Shown here piece by piece: positions 62,301 to 64,000 of a stretch of DNA of 64,000 nt. The stretch's first letter is position 1. Every line of letters starts with the position of its first letter. The notes under the pieces are model-generated. The model was not told where the DNA came from, made no database searches, and saw only the letters and a list, made by a program, of their open reading frames with translations. Origin of the DNA: Enterobacteria phage vB_EcoM_IME341; the sequence record MH051917; one strand, written 5' to 3'. A program made the translations under genes and the position numbers.

Positions 62301-62387
62301 GCCTACGTCATCCCAAAGAATACTTACATGGTTAGCCGAGAGTTTATCAATTCTCAAACTAGTAACGGAAGGCGCTTGCACAGACAT
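59295..62387 (-). CDS. 7: Baseplate wedge protein gp7
   Basis: 1030 aa (T4 1032 aa); synteny; 11-nt overlap with gene 8. Confidence 0.9.
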   Translation of the reverse strand: MSVQAPSVTSLRIDKLSANHVSILWDDVGANFYYFVELAQTKDAGESIPDDKLFWRNLGYTPNNNWFEERFISPDSFYKMRVAVAAQGFEQSDWVYTEEFETFSTNAYTFEHMREFTLSNKFIEEKFTKNNQSYVDFNSDAIMASMMTEDFTWTPAYSHLSSISNYVLKADRFHEIQGSIQAVCKDPNRSILMELGGVLYLLERFQNTAKVSNDKAQNWHYIRLFNDRVGNPVSRTAHYQTDTTTYVLGYDRIFYGRKSSDIRWSADDVRFSSQDVTFAKIGSDIDLDFEIEIFGSYARLPLAISTITEAMCASDDFIYVAARDRVYKAKTTDAPIDTDPGSPTYGEKIFESGYSTITGNPKAVCYKLDSIQGNTFALITGEVKEERMDPTKEENVVDSESKGVYWLDVETDTWTRVFGNTEEERRRIEHGYTSMSTDGEEIFFSSSNFKYEIEVDNELPLETPIVASAVKYVKDEQWIHDKHYLMMSFRANSKSDFKEFKPGRMAYYAEPFFSWSRRDGTRSWITTSNHAMVVYNDALYQKIIDLNSGSSPERIIREIWDKGFCTVTCPNIEFNGFKKYSSGIMIHKSSGELVGYFEFDYRVRDEVRIIWKPKEIMFTAELQNQEHEIPWTPKEETGEQDPDLRPLLVKMVPDSYLLQDSNFEKFCEYYLQFISDGSGTHYNNLLNLIRNQYPREEDAWEYLWSEIYKRNIYLSKEKRDEVVRFFQARQSDFWSTKGTEASYKFLFKLLYNEDVEIDIESKNSIEYDIIVESDNISEDIVGQTIYTPTGRSNVTYIERNYKDGKLQWRLTIHNLLGRFIVGQEIKSERTSFKGMIVQGVRGKELLSNNIDYINRNRSYYVMTIKSNLPTSRYRNDVLRFVHPVGFGFIGITLLSMFVNVGLTLKHTETIINILKNYKWDSGLPSEWYDRVAVIGFDGNIERDPRTGLPVYNVGPKAGEPFPIPDDYDAENDFSVFQGQLPHERIKKHSPLFDQSAVTFSKWRALVDDRLKADIGNPRDPQDPTQVKIDD

Positions 62388-62415
62388 TAAATCTCCTCAA
62401 AGCCTCCTAAGAGGC

Positions 62416-64000
62416 TTATATTGTAATAGGTTCTAATTCAATGGTCGTGTATTGAGGGCGGAGGTCATCTTCAAATACGATTAACGAACCGTCTTTTGTA
62501 AAGATGTTGTCTTGGTCAGGCCCCGCATAAAGTTCTATAGATTGAACTTCAAAACGATCGGACGTTAAACCGATAGCCGCAATGTCCCAGAAAATGAAAT
62601 CTGAATAATAATCAATTTCACCTATAACGTAATAAACGGATTGGTCTGCAGGAGCAGGCATTTTATCAAAGTCGTTTCCTGTATATGGTTTAATATATTG
62701 GTTTTCAATTACATCTCCTGGACGGAAAGGCCCAATAACAATTTTACCATCACCACGTTCGTCTTTATCTGTAGCGGCAATTCTGACATTATATGCCGGA
62801 TTGTCTTCAGAAACGGTAGTAGGGACAAACTCAAATTCACTAGAAACCACAGAACGGTTAGTGTATTGATTATAGTATTTAATACCTGATTCAGGGGTTT
62901 TGAAAAAGTTCAATACCTCACGAACCATTGTTATGGTAGCAGAGGAGCCTAAAATACTATGGTCTGCATTATCAATATAAGTCAGCATTTTTGACTTAGC
63001 GAATCCATGGTTAAAAATTTCTACTTCGTTAATATAATAACGGTCTATCTGAGAAAGAATTTGAGCCGATAACCACTGTTCAGATTCCTGTAATTTATTC
63101 AAGGCATACGAAACCTTAATTTTATGCTTTAAGAACAAATAATCGGGAGAAATAACAGAAGCGGTAATAGGGGCCAAGTTAAATTCTTTTAGGTAGTCTT
63201 GGATATCTTCACGCTGGACTGCGGTCAAATATAGCCCTGATTTAGGTTTAATGGTGACAAAAGCATAACCTGGCTTATTTGGGTCTGTAAAGGTTTGTAC
63301 TGCTTGTACAATAGAACCAAAACGTTCGGACACGAATGTATCGTAGTCGGTTCCTGTTACAGCACGCATCTGGGCTTCGCGCTTAACTACAGCCAATTCA
63401 CGAATACGTTCAATATCTTCAGGGTCACCACCGCCATCGGCACCTACATAATCAGGGTCGTCGTTATAGTTTTCAGTAATTTTTTCTACAGTAATATAAG
63501 CCAAGGAGTCAGCATAACTGAAGTCAACCGCACCGTTTGCAACTTCACCGTCTGTACGAAGGTATTCTATAACAATGGTAGAATCTTTAACAGGTTTTAG
63601 ACCACCAATATAATTAGCTTCTAATACTCCACCTGCAACAGATTTCTCGGCTTCACCCTCACCAAAGAAGAATTCAGTATTACCATCTACGGTTTCGCGC
63701 ATATAGTAAATGGTAGAGGTGCTACCAGCATGAACCATCGATTTATTGGTCCAGTTAATCCATTCTGCGCCATCAACATAAAGTTTAACTTCTTGTCTAT
63801 CGATATCCGGGTCGCGAATAAGAATAGGAGTTTTAGGGTCGTATTTAAGTTCGGTACGAATAATACGTCCTTGAGCCAGAGAAACAATAGGCCAATATTG
63901 GTTATTAACATCACGCACGGCAATAACGTTATCTGTTGTCACAAAAGAATATGGATCGGCGGATGTATCACGGGCATACGCTAAGAATTTAGTACCTCTT
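62416..64000 (-). CDS. 6: Baseplate wedge protein gp6, C-terminal part (5' end beyond window)
   Basis: Open frame runs to the window edge; at least 508 aa are visible where T4 gp6 is 660 aa; position upstream of gene 7. Confidence 0.85.
   Translation of the reverse strand, partial: RGTKFLAYARDTSADPYSFVTTDNVIAVRDVNNQYWPIVSLAQGRIIRTELKYDPKTPILIRDPDIDRQEVKLYVDGAEWINWTNKSMVHAGSTSTIYYMRETVDGNTEFFFGEGEAEKSVAGGVLEANYIGGLKPVKDSTIVIEYLRTDGEVANGAVDFSYADSLAYITVEKITENYNDDPDYVGADGGGDPEDIERIRELAVVKREAQMRAVTGTDYDTFVSERFGSIVQAVQTFTDPNKPGYAFVTIKPKSGLYLTAVQREDIQDYLKEFNLAPITASVISPDYLFLKHKIKVSYALNKLQESEQWLSAQILSQIDRYYINEVEIFNHGFAKSKMLTYIDNADHSILGSSATITMVREVLNFFKTPESGIKYYNQYTNRSVVSSEFEFVPTTVSEDNPAYNVRIAATDKDERGDGKIVIGPFRPGDVIENQYIKPYTGNDFDKMPAPADQSVYYVIGEIDYYSDFIFWDIAAIGLTSDRFEVQSIELYAGPDQDNIFTKDGSLIVFEDDLRPQYTTIELEPITI

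Overview
This window is a contiguous segment of a T4-like (Tevenvirinae-type) myovirus genome, AT-rich, and collinear with the phage T4 map from nrdA through baseplate gene 6. Gene identities were assigned by reading the supplied translations against remembered T4 protein sequences and gene order; no database search was run, and hand-derived coordinates may be off by 1-2 nt. Positions 1-19500 are a plus-strand early block: nrdA (3' end), intronless nrdB, denA, rnlA, an Alc-sized ORF, an i-/o-spanin pair, pseT, cd, gene 31, rIII, a run of small 30.x-type ORFs including NADAR-like and HAD-like genes, DNA ligase (30), and two tandem Alt-family ADP-ribosyltransferases. Positions 19538-25707 are minus-strand baseplate hub and tail-tube-initiator genes (54, 48, 29, 28, 27, 51). 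A plus-strand island follows (26, 25, uvsY, a Seg-like GIY-YIG endonuclease, a small Zn-ribbon ORF), then uvsW.1/uvsW on the minus strand, then inh, hoc, three small accessory ORFs and rnlB on the plus strand. From 34234 to the window end the minus strand carries the late structural block: two tandem gene-24 paralogues, 23, 22, 21, 68, 67, 20, 19, 18, 17, 16, 15, 14, 13, wac, 12, 11, 10, 9, 8, 7 and a partial gene 6, interrupted only by a plus-strand Seg-like endonuclease between 24 and 23. Regulatory signals are T4-like: GTTTAC-N17-19-TA(c/t)TAT early promoters, TATAAATA late promoters (two arranged divergently) and GC hairpin terminators. I found no tRNA, CRISPR array, integrase or transposase. 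I do not see a self-contained, clearly novel defence or anti-defence operon. The most unusual features relative to T4 are: a fibritin about 310 aa longer with tandem repeats and two foldon-like motifs; a diverged tandem duplicate of capsid vertex gene 24; a second Alt-like ADP-ribosyltransferase; a 122-aa kinase-like ORF with a small membrane peptide and an HTH protein between hoc and rnlB; two free-standing GIY-YIG homing-endonuclease genes; and a 49-bp perfect duplication of a promoter/leader.
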